Assembly (NCBI RefSeq): GCF_006345805.1 | Contig: NC_043001.1 | Location: 2,418,001-2,482,000 of the forward strand | Direction: 5' to 3' | DNA: 64,000 nucleotides | Source of the DNA: Octopus sinensis | Lineage: Eukaryota | Shown here: positions 24,620-39,999 of the stretch, piece after piece | How positions within the stretch are numbered: position 1 is the first letter of the stretch | Layout: the number at the start of each line of letters is the position of its first letter | Translations under genes and position numbers: made by a program | Notes under the pieces: model-generated | The model's database searches: none | What the model was told of the DNA's origin: nothing | What the model saw: the letters and a program-made list of their open reading frames with translations, nothing else

Positions 24620-25150
24620 ATATTGATTTTCGACATTTTGAATTTATTTGCGTGTCTTTATGAATTCAAGAGTTCGCTTCTTTGATTCAAAGAATTCATG
24701 TCTAGGAATAAAATAAAATATTTCTCTAGCAAACTTAGGTCGTACTTGAAATTCCTCCTATGCATACCATGCATCTATAGTGCCGCTCTATCTAAAATAT
24801 TCCATGACACTTTGAAAGGTCGGGCTTCTTTTTCTTTTAATTCCCAGACATATTTCGCCAGGCTAGTCTTCGTCTTATTTTCTGGGTATCGAAAGGAATT
24901 TCTGTGCGAATAAAATCGGGTTTTAAAAGAATTTTCAGAAGCCCTTGTATAAATCCTATATTCAGGTGAGCCTTCTATTTGCACCTTGGCTCTATATACG
25001 ATTCTTTTTTCCAAACAGTTCCCTTCCAACGGACAGGAGGATCTATCTTTGCAATTGCATTTTTTAAGAGGATCAGCACTACGCTTATTAACAATTAATT
25101 TACTGTTGTGTTGGTTAACGAAAGAGGCAAAATTTCTGCAGCAAGAATGG
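24620..25150 (-). mobile_element. Penelope-like element GIY-YIG endonuclease region
   Basis: KKCNCKDRSSCPLEGNCLEKRIVYRAKV...RIYTRASENSFKTRFYSHRNSF...TSLAKYVWELKE...VSWNIL...SELLNSCRH, a characteristic PLE EN with Cys motifs. Confidence 0.9.
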
Positions 25151-25258
25151 CTGATCTTAAGGGTTCTCTATTAAATATTCTATAAAATTTATGATCCTGC
25201 TGAAAATGCCTAGAGACTAATTTTCAAGAATTCCCTACCTATGTTTGTTTTTACGGCC

Positions 25259-25307
<49 letters not shown>

Positions 25308-25744
25308 GGATTGATATCAAAACAGGAGATTGGAAAACTATTGATTTTACTTATTCACCATTACACATGTTTCATTTGCTAACAGGTGTTACAAAATTAT
25401 ACATGTATGAGAAACATGTAAGATATCTTCTATTTGAAATTCTTCTGACAGAGAATTAAGTAATACTTAATTATTCTGTAAAGAATATTTTCCAGCTCCT
25501 GTGAAGCCGTCCAACCCATGACAGCATGGAAAACACGCTAAATTATGAAGATGATTTTCAGCTCTTATGCACACCTTAGACAAAAATAATGTCCATATAT
25601 GGATTTGGAATAACGAAACAAGCAGATGTGATTCATGTGGACACAGCTTGGTTTTAACTTTATCTATATAATATAATATACTGTATCTACAAGATAAAGA
25701 AAGGAAAAAATGAGAGAAAAAGAAAAAGAAAGTAGAAATAGATT

Positions 25745-25901
25745 CGGGAGTGGCTGTGTGGTAAGTAGTATGCTTACCAACCACATGGTTCCGGATTCAG
25801 TCTCACTGTGTGGCACCTTGGGCAAGTGGCTTCTATTTTAACCTCGGGCCAACCAAAGCCTTGTGAGTGGATACGGTAGACAGAAACTGAAAGAAGCCAA
25901 T

Positions 25902-25956
<55 letters not shown>

Positions 25957-26150
25957 TTGTGTTTGTCCCCCCACCGTCACTTGACAATTGATGCTGGTGA
26001 TTTATGTCCCGGTAACTTAGCAGCTCAGCAAAAGAGACCAATAGAATAAGTACTAGGCTTGCAAATAATAAGTCCTGGGGTCGATTTCTTCAACTAACGA
26101 TGGTGCTCCAGCATGGTCGCCGTCAAAATGACTGAAACAAGTGAAAGAAT
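25745..26150 (+). mobile_element. SINE family A, near full length
   Basis: Similar to 15796-16185. Confidence 0.85.
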
Positions 26151-28829
26151 ATATTAGCGGTGCATGTGTATCATTTAGAATTATATTGGGAAAAGTGAAC
26201 TCACCAACCCTCCAACTAAAAAAGCAATCGATGTTTTAGTAACAGAACCCTGCAAGGTGGTCTGCATTACAAATACTGCCCTATCCCCAACACCCGAACC
26301 CTGTCTGGTCCGTCCTTCTCTCAAAGGAAGCAGAAATCATCGATTAGAAGCAGGGAATCAGTGATATCATATTTACCAGTTGTCATGGAGAAAAGAGACA
26401 GAACAGACATCATTCACAGCAGTTGTTCTTGATGTTGTTGCTGTATAAGGTTAGTCCTAGTGGAGTTGTTTTATTCTTTCATTGTTTCACTAATTTCAGT
26501 TTGTGAACTGTGGCCATGCTGGGGCTTCCATTGAAAGTCTTCTTGTTTTCTTGACAAAGTCTGTTATTATGGATTATGTTTTCTAACGTATCCATCCTTT
26601 TTGTCTTTCTTGAATCTTGGGTTTTGATCCAGCTGATCTTTGCTCAAAGATTTCCAATCTAGGATCCTCCGGATGTTTTAGATCTCACGAATGCATGTTT
26701 TCTTTATTGAACTTTGTTGTAATCCGAGGGAGATTTAGGTGTGGTTTCTAAAAGGTTGAAGGTTCATTAACTCAGTATTTGAGATGAGGGAGAAATTATA
26801 GGAATAAGAGGCAAAGCCAAAGAAATTTTCAGTCATCCGAATATCCATACTTTAGAAAGTAACGGCTGTGAAGTTGTTGGCTTCCTGAGTAAGTCTTTAT
26901 TTGCCCTACACTTCTGAAAATTCCTAACGTAGGAGTAAAGTGCTGTGAAACCGTTAATTTATGTTTCAAGCTCCTGCTTAATACTGACAAAGCTTTATCG
27001 AGGCATTCTATTCCAGCTGACCCTTCTGTCTCTTGTGAACGTTTGTGAGTTAGTGGTTAGGGTGTTTGGCTGGTGATAGGTTGTATGGCCTAGAGGTTAA
27101 GGTGTTTGGCCCACAATCATAAGGCCGTGCATTCACTTCTTGGACCAGGCAGCACATTGTGTCCTTAAGCAAGTACTTTCTTTTACACTGCTTTAGTTTT
27201 CTCAGCTGTAAATGATGTTGTGAGTGGGTTTTGTTGCTGCTCTGAGGTGAAGACTGGTTCGATTGATGAGTGAAAATGTGTTTCTTGGATTGCACAAAGA
27301 AGTAACTGAACTAGTAACACTAGTTACTAGTAACACAAGGTTTTATTATTGCCATAGAGTTTTAAACTGTGCAGGTCCTTTCTAAATATTAACAGCAATA
27401 ATTACAAAATGAAAGAGATATATTGCTTGGAATTTCCAGCAAGTTGCCGATACAGCGACATTTGGCTGTCCCAACATAACCGGAAACAATTGTGCTGTAT
27501 TTGTGACCACAAAGATTTTTGTCAAGTTTCTGCCATCTGTCTTAACTATCTGGCTGTGGTGGGCATGGAGACACAATGTGCAGCTGCCTCGACATTCTGC
27601 ATGGCAAGAAGTAAGATATGTGAACAAGTTGGCTGGTTTCAACATTCCGCAAAAAGTTAAAGTACCAAAACAGTTTTCCCATAGGGTACAAGGAAAAGAT
27701 TCTAAGAGACTGAATCCCACAATGGCTTGATGCTGATTGGTTGCTTAGTAGACTAATCACAAGAAGCTATTGTGGTTTGATCGTGATGTCTGATCAGTTG
27801 GCTACGGCTTTAGTTTCGAATCCCCACTACAACCAGCTCCAGGTAGATGCCAGTGCAGGCTTCTTTCCCTCCAGCCTTCACATCTTGGATGTACCATGGG
27901 GTGAAAGATGCGAGGACCATGAGGATGTCATATCTTCTCATGATGACTACACAAGCACCTAAAACAAATGGTAAACGCATGGTACCAAGCTGTATTTATT
28001 GATAAATGATAGCTGACTGCTGTACTTGTTGTCTCCCGGCAGTGAATTCTGCCAACGATCATATGATCAACAATCACAAGAAACAAAATAAGAAGTGTTG
28101 AAATAAGACCATCCCCAACAGTTAAACTTATCATATCCTGTTTGGTTGCGTTGTACCGTTTGCAGTCCTTTCAATTGGCCAATTATGACTGATCAATTCA
28201 ATTCCTTTGACTTTGTCATTCAACATCAAAGACTCCATTTTTTATTTTCCTTTGATTTTGTAACCAAACCAACAACTTAATAACCTTTCAAGTTGCTATT
28301 TGAAAGCAAGAATGTCCAACTTGTTTACAAGAATCAAGGTTATTACAAACTAATACCTCAAAGACAATCTTTTTTACTTCATACTTTCTTACTGAAAACT
28401 GCATTAATCTCTTCATCCTCGGCACAGGTAACCTTTACGTTTCTGCATTCCACATTTGCGTTCCCTTACGTAGAGTTTTCAAAATAAACTCGACCCCGTT
28501 CAAGGAATTTGTGCCTTTTGTTTTTATTTGGATTTAGTTTTGTATCTTCTTTTTACATTTATAAGATCCTATAAACGTGACACACTGGTCCCTACCATGT
28601 TATGATCCAGGTAACCAAGTTGTTGCTACCTTCAGCCAGTCTTGTACCTAAATCCGAGCTCAATTATTTTACCTGTTTTATATTCAACCAACAAGGTCTG
28701 ACCTCTCACACCTATCCTACAATGTCATTTTGAAAATAAACAACCACAACTCTCAAAGCTATGAGATAATGCCTGATCAATTCAAAACAAGTCGAATAAA
28801 TAAGCCTTACATTGTTTTATCTATTCTTT

Positions 28830-29200
28830 TACTTGATTCAGTCATTAGACTGTGGCCATGCTGGGGCACTGCCTTTAATCAAATGAATTGAACCTCCACC
28901 TTCCGTTACTTAATTTTTTCCAAAACTGGTATTTTTCTATCCTTTGCTTTTGCCAAGCCACTAAGATATAAGGACATAAACACACCAACAACGGTTGTCA
29001 AGTGGTGGCAGGACAAACACAAACACAAAGACAGTTACACACACGCACGCATGCACATAGATATGATGGGTTTCTCTCTGTTTCTGAAGACCAAATGCAC
29101 CCATAAAGTTTTGGTTGGCTGAAGGCTGTAGTAGAAGACACTTTGCATAAAGTACCACACAGTGGGACAGAACCCAGGACCATGGGGTTGGGAAGCAAGC
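28830..29200 (-). mobile_element. SINE family A copy
   Basis: Reverse-oriented family A; the head is interrupted at about 29200 by a family D copy (29200-29325). Confidence 0.8.
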
Positions 29201-29316
29201 TGAAGAGCATAGGCTCGAAATGTAAAAGACTTTCTCACTTCCCAAGCATTAAACTAATACATCTGTTTGTTGTTTACACACCCGTCTTCGTCTTTTGTTT
29301 TTTTCTAAATTCTCAC

Positions 29317-29368
<52 letters not shown>

Positions 29369-29370
29369 CA

Positions 29371-29414
<44 letters not shown>

Positions 29415-29449
29415 ATATATATATATAATATATATATATACTCTTTACT

Positions 29450-29845
29450 CTTTACTCTTTTACTTGTTTCAGTCATTTGACTGCGGCCATGCTGGAGCAC
29501 GATCTTTAATCGAGTAACTCGACCCCAGGACTTATTCTTATTTGTAAGCCCAGTACTTATTCTATCGATCTCTTTTGTCGAACTGCTAATTAACGGGGAC
29601 ATAAACACACCAGCATCGGTTGTCAAGCAATGCTACGGGGACAAACACAGACACACAAACACACACATGCATATATATATATATATATATATAAATACGT
29701 ATATACGATGGGCTTCTTTCAGTTTCCGTCTACCAAATCCACTCACAAGGCTTTGGTCAGCCCAAGGCTATAGTAGAAGACACTTGCCCAAGGTGCCACG
29801 CAGTGGGACTGAACCCGGAACCATGTGGTTGGTAAACAAGCTACA
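29450..29845 (-). mobile_element. SINE family A, young-looking copy
   Basis: Retains CpGs; tail tactcttttactcttttacttgtttcagtc. Confidence 0.85.
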
Positions 29846-30547
29846 CACACATATATATATATATACATACAAACACACATATATACATATATATGTGTGC
29901 GTGCATGTGAATTACAAAAGATCCCTAAAGGATTAAGGCATATCAAAGTGATGCATGCCACATCGGTCAGAGAGAATGCCACACATCACTCAGTTACCAA
30001 TTCCGTGATTATTGCACACAGTACACCAATGAATGGAAGCTTTGCATTATTTTGTAATCCAGTGTTCCGATAGGAGCCAATGGTATCCAAAGATAAATGG
30101 ATCCTCAAGTGTGAAATAAAGACATGTCCAAACGAGATGAAGGGGTCATATGCTACTTCTGCAGGTGTTTCGTTAAGAACCTTTGTTGTGATGTAAACAT
30201 GGTAGAAGCAGAGATGCAGGATGCATTGCATTCACGAGATTATGCAATGTGCCAATGCCACTCTCAGCTCCTTCAGGCTTACCAAATACACAAGTGAACC
30301 AGTGGCATGTTGACTGTTCAACACATCATCAACACACAGACAGACAGACACACACACACACACATACACACATATATATATATACACGTTGGGCTTTTGC
30401 CAGTTTCCATCTAACAAATCCACTCACAAGGCTTTGGTTAGTCTTTGGCTATGGTGGAAGACACTTGCCCAAGGTGCACCACAGCGGGACTGAACCCAGA
30501 ACCATGTGATTGAGAAGCAAGCTTCTTACCAAACAGCCATACCTGTG

Positions 30548-30591
<44 letters not shown>

Positions 30592-31228
30592 CCTTATCAT
30601 CATCATCATCATTGTTTAATGTATGTTTTCCATGATGATATGGGTTGGACAGTTTGACACGATCTGGCAAGACCAGGAGCTGCATCAGATCCCACTGTCT
30701 GTTATGCCATGCTTTTTACAGCTGGTGCCCTTCCTAACACCAATCTCTTTACAGAGTGTACTAGGTGCTTTTTATGTGACACCAGAATCAATAGAGTCAC
30801 CAAGTATTTTGTAATACACACACTCACACACACATATTTAGACATATATATGTGCATGTGTGTGTGTGTGTGTTTGTATGTGTATGTGTAAGTATATGTA
30901 CAGCATTCTTATCTTGGTCTGTTTATTAGCATAAAACGAACTTGAAGTGATTCTACTTGATGGCAATATTGACTGTTGTCATTCAATCCCATTATTGATT
31001 ATTGATTACTTGTTTAAAATATATTGATATATTGGATGCTGGAATTATTGCAGGTATTGGATCAATCACAAGCACCCAGCTCATCATATAAACTGAAAAC
31101 AATATAGGATATATTACCTTCTATGCCCTAATGCTATACACCAAATACTATATATATATACTAAATACATATATATATATATCGATATATATATATATAT
31201 TATATATATATATATATATTATATATAT

Positions 31229-31284
<56 letters not shown>

Positions 31285-32834
31285 TATATATATATATATA
31301 CAAATATGAGAGAGAATCCACTATGTGGATGCTCTTACGCTAGATATAGATCCGCAAGGGTCTGAACCACTAGGAATTGTTCTCGAGAAAAATTTAGCAA
31401 ACTAAGAACGTAAGTAAGCAGGACAAATGAAAAATAACAAAAATATAGATTTACCCCATACAATTGTTTCACTGTTAATAAATTATGCAATTTTACTTAG
31501 ATAATTAATCCTCAGATCATCGGTGGAGTACGTCATAAAATATAATTTGTCGAACTGCACGTTATATATTAACACGAGGTCAAAGACATGAACTTTAATC
31601 ATATATATATACATAAACATATCAAAGGGAAATAAAAAATCAAATAAAATTTTAATTTCCAGTGGCCTAACGTGTAAAACTTTAGTCCAAAAGACTATAA
31701 ATTAGTCATAATATATAGTGTACATTTAAACGCATAAGGAATCCCCTTGTGGAATTCAACACGCTAGAAAGAACAGCTAGGTTCTATTACTACAAAAATT
31801 AGGGATAAAATTCGACAGGAACGAAATGAAAAATAAAAGCATTTTACCGTCAAGTTTCCTGGACCAATTGGTTTCTGATTTTAGTTTAGCTAGCAAATAA
31901 TATTTGGTCACGAGGTGAAATCGTCCTCAACAGGTACACCTTGGATTAAATATATAAACAACGAGGTGATCAAACTATATGCCTCCCCTTTATATATCCT
32001 AATTTTTCAAAATCTACAGCGGAGACGCAGCCCTTCGCCAGCAATATCCCTAAGGAAATTCTTTTTGCTATTTGTTGCAACTCTTTATGCGTTCTGAGTA
32101 ACCAGGCAGGTGTGGCAAACCTGTCTGTCTCTTTCTGACAAGGTGATGACATGTAAAAGGATTCTTGAAGAAAGACAACCAGAAACTGAGTTTGTATTTC
32201 TTTAGGAAAATTTCCTGATAAACATGAAATTCTTAAAAGAACAAAAAAACCATGAAATGTAAAGATGTCTTCATTTGTTGATAACAAGTTGCTGTTTGTT
32301 GTTTAACCTAAATTAGCCCCAATTGCCTCTTTTATTACCAACTTGCCAGAAATGGACCCTTGTTCTATAATGCAAACTTCTTGTTTAAAATTATTTGAAA
32401 TGATACTTTCAATTAAAATTTCATGTTAATTCATATCCCAAACACTTCATTAATAATGGTAAAGTTATTTTACTAAATTCTTCATTAATTAAAAAACTAA
32501 TTGCAACAAAACTGATATATTTCTGATGAAATATGGAAGCAAAAGTCTTAAGTAGATTTTAGTCGAGTATCTCCAAGTATGACCTTTCCTTTTCTTGATA
32601 CATTGCATCCATGACAACATTATGCACCAATATTCTTCACTTTTAAGACTGTAGTGTGTGTGTGCCTTCAGGGAGATTTCACTGCTCTTTTTAACAAGTC
32701 ACTCAGCCACTTATAAACATCCCACATTGCTATGACTCAACGATCTTATCAGTTTGACATGTTTAATAATCTGATGTAGTTGTGCTAATGGATTCCCATT
32801 TAACATTTATATCTCCTCTATCGACAGCTATTTC

Positions 32835-33030
32835 ATCAAAATGGCTATTAAGGATATGAAGGCAGAGAAAGTAGCCTGACCATCAGAAACAGTTACTGAG
32901 ATAATAAAAATATCCACCATAGCAGGGCTCATGCTAATGCCCGTAATAGACAACCAGATAGCAGAGAGTGGGAGGCGCCATAGCCAATGCTTGGTGATGC
33001 TGTATTCCATATCAGCCATGACAAACGTCA
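32835..33030 (+). mobile_element. RTE LINE RT N-terminal fragment (decayed)
   Basis: MAIKDMKAEKVA*PSETVTEIIK resembles the LINE K..KAPGPDGI..E.LK motif. Confidence 0.55.
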
Positions 33031-33214
33031 GCCAGATACAGAAGGAGGAAATAAAGAGAAAGAGTAGAAAAGTTTAGTGCATAAAGGAAAAAAAGGTGAT
33101 AGGAGATGCATTTTGTGGTTGTGCTAGAACAGGCTGGCACTAATGTCCCTTTCAGAGTGAAATAACTAAAGGAATGGTTACTAGCAAAATACAAAATATT
33201 CTTCAAAACATTTG

Positions 33215-33430
33215 TCAAAGGTTGTGAGTTGGCAGACTTGTCAGCAAGCAGCGGGAAACACTTGGTGACATTTATGTTCTGAGTTCAAATTCTGCTGTAG
33301 TTGGATTTGCGTTTCATCATTCTGGGGTCAATGAAAAAGTACCAGTTGAATGAACACTGGGCTTCATGTAATTGGCTGTTCCCACATGCAGAATTTCAGG
33401 CTTCGTGCCTTTATTAGAAATGGTTATTAA
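33215..33430 (+). mobile_element. Deu/Nin-like tRNA SINE copy (decayed)
   Basis: gttctgagttcaaattctgc...tttcatcattctggggtcaatgaaaaagtaccag. Confidence 0.65.
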
Positions 33431-34102
33431 CAGAATTTGCTGACCTGGAGAAGATCTTTGACGTGGCTTTGTACTCTGTCGTCTGGTGGTTGTTAAAAAT
33501 AGGGACATACATTCATTATTACCTTGCATTTGAAATAAATGAAATAAAATAAATTCAAAAAGACCCAAAATATAAATTTGTAGAAAAAAATCTTAATTAT
33601 ATCTTCCAGTTTCAATTTATTGTTCTCAGAGAATGCATTCTTTTAGATGAATAATTCTTTGCAAAAATCATTGTGATAGAATTGCAGATATCTACCGCCA
33701 CCCACGAATTTGTCATGGTTCCATTATTTCATGCATAACATATTTAATTGGATAGCAACAATCCAATTTTCTTCAAAAATTCTAAACTATGGTCTTTGTT
33801 TGTAGTTTTTCAATGAATTTACTGAGAATTATAATTTTAAATGACATATTTATATTTGGATATGTCAAAAGAACCGATGAATAAAATGACGTGAGGCTTG
33901 GGGTAATGATGAGGGAGTAGGAAGCTGGATGTAGATAAATGGCTTGTGACGGCTGCGTAGGACATGTGACATGATTATAGAAACTGAATTATAAAAGGAA
34001 CCTGACTTCATGAGCAACATTTTGTAGGTGTCTTAATGATACAACAATGGGCTGATCGCCCATCTAATTTGTGTATACACACACACACACACACACATCA
34101 TT

Positions 34103-34137
<35 letters not shown>

Positions 34138-34749
34138 TATCACCACCCCCACCACCATCATTACCACCACCGCCACCACTGCCACCATAACCTCACCACC
34201 ACCACCACCACCACCACCACCACCACCATCATCATCATTCTACTTCCATTTTTCCTGGGGCAAGTGTCTTCGACAATTGACTCGAGTCAACCAGTGCCTT
34301 GTCAGTAGAATTGGTAAATAGAAAAGAGAAAAAAGAAAAAAATGCTGGTTTATATTTAGCCAGCAAAACTCCAAATTGAAAGCATTGAAAGAATTGAATG
34401 TTTTTGGTTTGTATTTTAGTAAACTAAACGTAAAGACCGAAACTCTTTTATTGTGCTTTTCACTCTGCTGCTCAATGAAGATAATGTCATAGGTTCTTTA
34501 TTTTTTCCAGTGTAAGGACCATATGTAAGTTATTGATTAACTAAAAGATATAAATTTCTTTCCTTTTCTTGGAGAAAAAGTGGGGGAAGAAAAAACATTA
34601 AACAAATCTTTCAACAATGTAATGGTTATCTTCACTTTTGAAAAAGTAAATCTGCAAAATTTCTTTGAAAAATATTTATTATTAACGAAATTATGAAGAA
34701 ATATTCAAGGAGCATCAAACTGTAGTTATGCCTCAATTATCTGAACGTG

Positions 34750-35110
34750 ATCATTGCCAGAGCGGCCAACTGGCCTTCGTGCCGGTGGCACGTAAACAGC
34801 ACCATTCAAGTGGGATCATTACCAGCGTCGCCTTACTGCCACTTGTGCCAGTGTGCAGGTGACACGTAGAAAAAAAACAAAAAACACGATATTTTTGTGG
34901 CCGTTGCCAGTACCGCCTGACTGGCCCTCGTGCCAGTGGCACATAAAAGCACCCACTACACTCTTGGAGTGGTTGGCGTTAGGAAGGGCATCCAGCTGTA
35001 GAAACTCTGCCAGATCAAGATTGGAACCTGGTGCAGCCATCTGGTTCGCCAGCCCTCAGTCAAACCGTCCAACCCATGCCAGCATGGAAAGCAGACATTA
35101 AACGATGATG
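34750..35110 (+). mobile_element. RTE 3'UTR-derived element with several GTGCCGGTGGCAC sub-repeats
   Basis: Same family; ends ...cattaaacgatgatgatg; another partial copy at about 35200-35380. Confidence 0.85.
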
Positions 35111-36264
35111 ATGTGTGTGCACGTGTGTGTGTGTGTATACCTACGTTCATACATACTTGATTGTTCATACAAACCTGAGAGAAATTTATTCTTTCTGAAA
35201 AAGCACTTGTGTTGGTGCCACATTAAAAGCACCTGGTCCACTCTGTAAAGTGGTTGGCATTAGTAAAGACATCTGGCCATAGAAACCATGCCAAAACTGG
35301 CAATTGGAGCCTGATGCAGCTCCCTGTCTTACCAGTTCCAGTCAAACTGTCCAACCCATACCAGCATGGAAAACAGCCATCCAAGAATTTGGACCTGGAG
35401 ATCTCCATTTCCAGCGACTTCAAAGGCCACCACCCAGTGGTGTCGGGCAGCAATGAAGAGCCCTCGACTACAACAAGAGAACGAAAGTTTTTTCTTTTTT
35501 TCCAAGGTCTGGGGTCTCCCGCCGCTAAGCCCTAGACCATCACCTAATCACCCTTACCTGTCTTGTTGCTTAGCAACAACAACAGCATAGAAAACAGGCA
35601 TAAAATGGTGTTGATGAAAAGAAAAGTTAATTAAAATTTGACAGAAGTTAAAACTTTACAACTGCAACTATGAATTTTGCTGCTCCTTCATGGATGACAA
35701 GATAAAATTTGGCAGATGTATTAGTGAAGGGAAGTTCTTGGAATTTTGGTCATTGGAATCAAACTCTATGGATTTTCCAGAAACAGAATTCTCTCAGGTG
35801 TTTATGAGTTTTATGATTGCATATGAAAAATGTTACTGATGTACTATTGAGGAAGTGTAATTGATATTTCAACAGAAATCTGCTTCCACAAGAGTTTAAC
35901 AGGATGAAGAAAGGAAATATGTCTATTCTTCAGAGAGAGCTACATGTCAAGAGGTCAAAAGTTCAAATCTTAGCAACAACAAAATATGAATTCTTTGATT
36001 TCTTGCACACTGAACGAAAATCTTTTCTCTTTTTTTTTTTTCTAACATTTTTATTTTTTTACTTGCTAAAAAGCTGTTGCAGGAATTTCTCAAATATTGG
36101 TCTTTCATTATTAAATAAGGGAATTCTGATTTATTTCTTTATTCCGAATTTGTTACAAGAATGTCTGTTGCTGTTGTTTTGCTTTCAGCGATGGCTGTGA
36201 CCAAAACCATTCCAGCTTTTGGCATCCACCTTGCTTTATACATTTTTCTTTTATTTGTCTTATC

Positions 36265-36945
<681 letters not shown>

Positions 36946-38349
36946 CTCTTGACAACATTGACTTTCTTCTTTTAAAACAGTTGCGAATGAATTGAGGGCG
37001 ATTTGACTACTATTTATAGCAGATTGAACAAATTTGTTTATGCTCTCTCTCATTGGTTTGTCTTAACTTGTCTGCCATGCAGGTTATTCTTCAAATTATG
37101 AAAACAAAGAATTTTATGTTGAATATATCACTGATATGGTATGAGTATTTACTATTTAACAAAAATGAAACTTTCCTCTAAATTAAGAACATAAAATAAT
37201 AAAGTATGTATATCATTAACCGTACTAATTAATGCAACTAATAATTTGCAATCAACTTTTAAGAGAATGGCTGATGAGGGGAGATAACAGACAGTTCACC
37301 CTAAACAAAAATTAAATAAGGACAACAACAGTGTGGCTTCTGCCCTATAATTTAACGAAGCTATTTAAATATTTCTTTTTTTAAGTTATTCATTAACCGG
37401 AGAATTAAAAAAGTTTTTCCTTCTTATTTTTATTTAATTCTCATTTTCTTTCATCTCATTTCATTTAACTTTGTTTTCTGTTGCACAATAATTAACTAAA
37501 CACACACACAGAGTATTTTTATCCTGTCGCTCTCACAGACACTCAAATGAACTTGCTAAATTGTTGTTTTCAAGGAAAATTATCCTCTATTTCTTTACCG
37601 CTTTGTGAAGTGATGTTTTTTTTCAAAATGATTTACTCACTTAATTTAGTTTCTTGTCAGTGTAAAGGAAAGAAAATTTTATCTCACCTCTCTGTCCTGC
37701 TTATCATTTTATCAATTCTATTATATTGCCTTTTAATATCGCAGTGTTGTTTCATTCAGTATGCTTCTAGTATCATCATCTCACTTAGAAATATCTAAAT
37801 AATGTCTATCTTAATTTGTTCAGCCAAGCCATTCAATCCTGAATGACTTGTAACCTAGTAAAGAAAAATTGATTATCTGATAAACCCTCTGTCTATATAT
37901 TTGATTTTCCAAAAGAAATCCTTTCTCGTTCTTTATTATTCTACGCAGTTTTATACACAAGCAACCTATAGTAAAAAAAAAAATATAGTTTACAACAGGG
38001 CATTGCATCTCATCCTCCTCTTCCTCATTATGATGAGGATGATGATGATGATGATGATCATCATCATCATCATTTATGTGGTAAGCTGTAAGAATTGTTT
38101 GCACACCAGAAAAAAATGTCTAGCACTGGAAGAAGTACTTGACAGAATTTCTTCTGACTCTTAATGTTCTGAGTTCAAATTCTGCTGCGTTCTTCTTAGA
38201 ATTTCATTCTTTTCAAAGTAATCAACTTATCTCCTACACTTAAAATTGCCGGCAAAGTACCAAAATCCTAAGAAGCTGCACCATCCTCAACGTATTTTGT
38301 GAACTGTTGGTGGTTAATAAAGAAAACATCATCATCATCATCATCATCT

Positions 38350-38755
38350 GTTCTTGAGGAGGCCTATTGAGTCAAGTACGTCAACACCAACATCAAAATG
38401 AAAATCAAATGGAAATTGTAGTTAAGACACCTGTGCTGGTGACACGTAAAAAGCACCGTCCGAATGTGCCAGATGCCAGTGCTGCCTGACTGGCGTCCGT
38501 GTTGGTGACACATAAAAGCACCAACCAATCATGGCCGTTTGCCAGCCTCATCTGGACCCTGTGCCGGTGGCACATAAAAAGCACTCACTACACTCACGGA
38601 GTGGTTGGCGTTAGGAAGGGCATCCAGCTGTAGAAACACTGCCAGATCAGACTGAAGCCTGGTGCAGCCTCCATGGTTTACCAGACCCCGGTCGAACAGT
38701 CCAACCCATGCTAGCATGGAAAACGGATGTTAAACGATGATGATGATGATAATGA
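38350..38755 (+). mobile_element. RTE 3'UTR-derived element
   Basis: Starts ttcttgaggaggcctattgagtcaagtac as in the UTR after the 13345 ORF; ends in (GAT)n; followed by a Deu/Nin-like SINE at 38758-38945. Confidence 0.85.
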
Positions 38756-39683
38756 TGTTGTGAGCTGGCAGAATCATTAGCATGCTAAGCAAAATGCTTA
38801 CTGTCATCTTATCCATCTTTATATTGTGAGTTCAAATTCCGATGAGGTCAATAAATTAATTACAAGTGAAACACTGGGGTTGACATAATCAACTAGTCCT
38901 CTCCCACAAAATTTCAGGCCTTGTGCCTTTAGTAGAAAGGATTATTATTGAGTGAGAGAGTAGCACATGCCATCAAAGTGACACTGAGGCACAAATATAC
39001 AAAGCCCTGTATATCCATCATGACTGCCTGTGTGATAAGGGTACACCAGGCACATGCATCACAACCATATGGGTGCAACATGGCAATCTCATATGAAGAT
39101 GACCAGCACATGACCTTGTAGGTGGGGCCTGGTTAGAATTTTCTTCAGTTGGAGTAGCCCATCCCATTCAAAAGGTCTCTGAATAAGACTTGTTCAAGGA
39201 TGTTGAAGGAAACACCCATGTTTCCAAACCCCAAAGAATTCCTCTCAACACATGGCTATGGTGCTCATGATCATAGATCCCTCACTACTTCTGCTCGTGA
39301 TCAGAGATGCACATATTGTCAGCCACAAGGGATATGCTCAACTGGTTACGGTCAAACAACTGACAAGCCAATCTGTGGTATTGGGCAGAATATTTGCTGT
39401 AACCCATCTTTTATGCTAAGACAAAATAATATACATGATAACAGTTCCAATCAGTTCAGATCAGAAGCCAAGAGACCTACTACCAGGCACTGCATTATTC
39501 TTACCATTATTGTTATTATTATCCACGATGCTTTTGCTCTGGCAGATGTTCTGCTTGCACTCTACCAAAAGAGTGACCCATATCAAATGATCAACGGTCC
39601 TTTGGATCATTCCTTCAACTTTCAAATGTCCTCCTTAGATTATTTACATTAGATGGATATTTGTTCTCGTGTTGTTTGTTGTT

Positions 39684-39729
39684 AACACAACGTTTCGGCT
39701 GATATACTCTCCAGTCTTCATCAGGTGTC
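39684..39729 (-). ncRNA. Minimal type I hammerhead motif
   Basis: Minus strand gacac-CTGATGA-a-gactgg agagtata tcagcc-GAAA-CG-TT-gtgtt; palindromic AACGTT stem III. Confidence 0.6.
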
Positions 39730-39953
39730 TTGGGGAAATTTCAAACCTGGGTTCTCATTCCTAAGGTATTTTTCGATGTTACAGCTTATGCCCATGGGTA
39801 TATGGCATAGTGGTTAAGAGCACGGGCTACTAACCCCAAGATTCCGAGTTTGATTCCAAGCAGTGACCTGAATAATAATAATAATAATATAATAATAATA
39901 ATAACATTGAAAAATACCTTAGGAATGAGAACTCAGGTTCGAAATTTCCCAAA

Positions 39954-39999
39954 GACACCTGATGAAGGCTGGAGAGTATATCAGCTGAAATGTTGTGTT
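39954..39999 (+). ncRNA. Minimal type I hammerhead motif
   Basis: gacac-CTGATGA-a-ggctgg agagtata tcagct-GAAA-TG-TT-gtgtt. Confidence 0.55.

Noticed and set aside
27560-27620. CHAECRGSC on the minus strand resembling a furin-like repeat
   Set aside because: The following cysteine spacing does not fit and there is no supporting exon structure; likely chance.
37268-37310. CTGATGA-gggg...ccct-aaac hammerhead-like string (also 25197, 2380-2440 and a half motif at 21490-21510)
   Set aside because: GAAA, the core or stems I/III are missing; at best heavily decayed remnants.
39796-39866. Possible tRNA gene (also 19325-19460 and SINE A heads)
   Set aside because: A/B boxes are present but the acceptor and anticodon stems do not pair properly and each continues into a repeat body; these are SINE heads.
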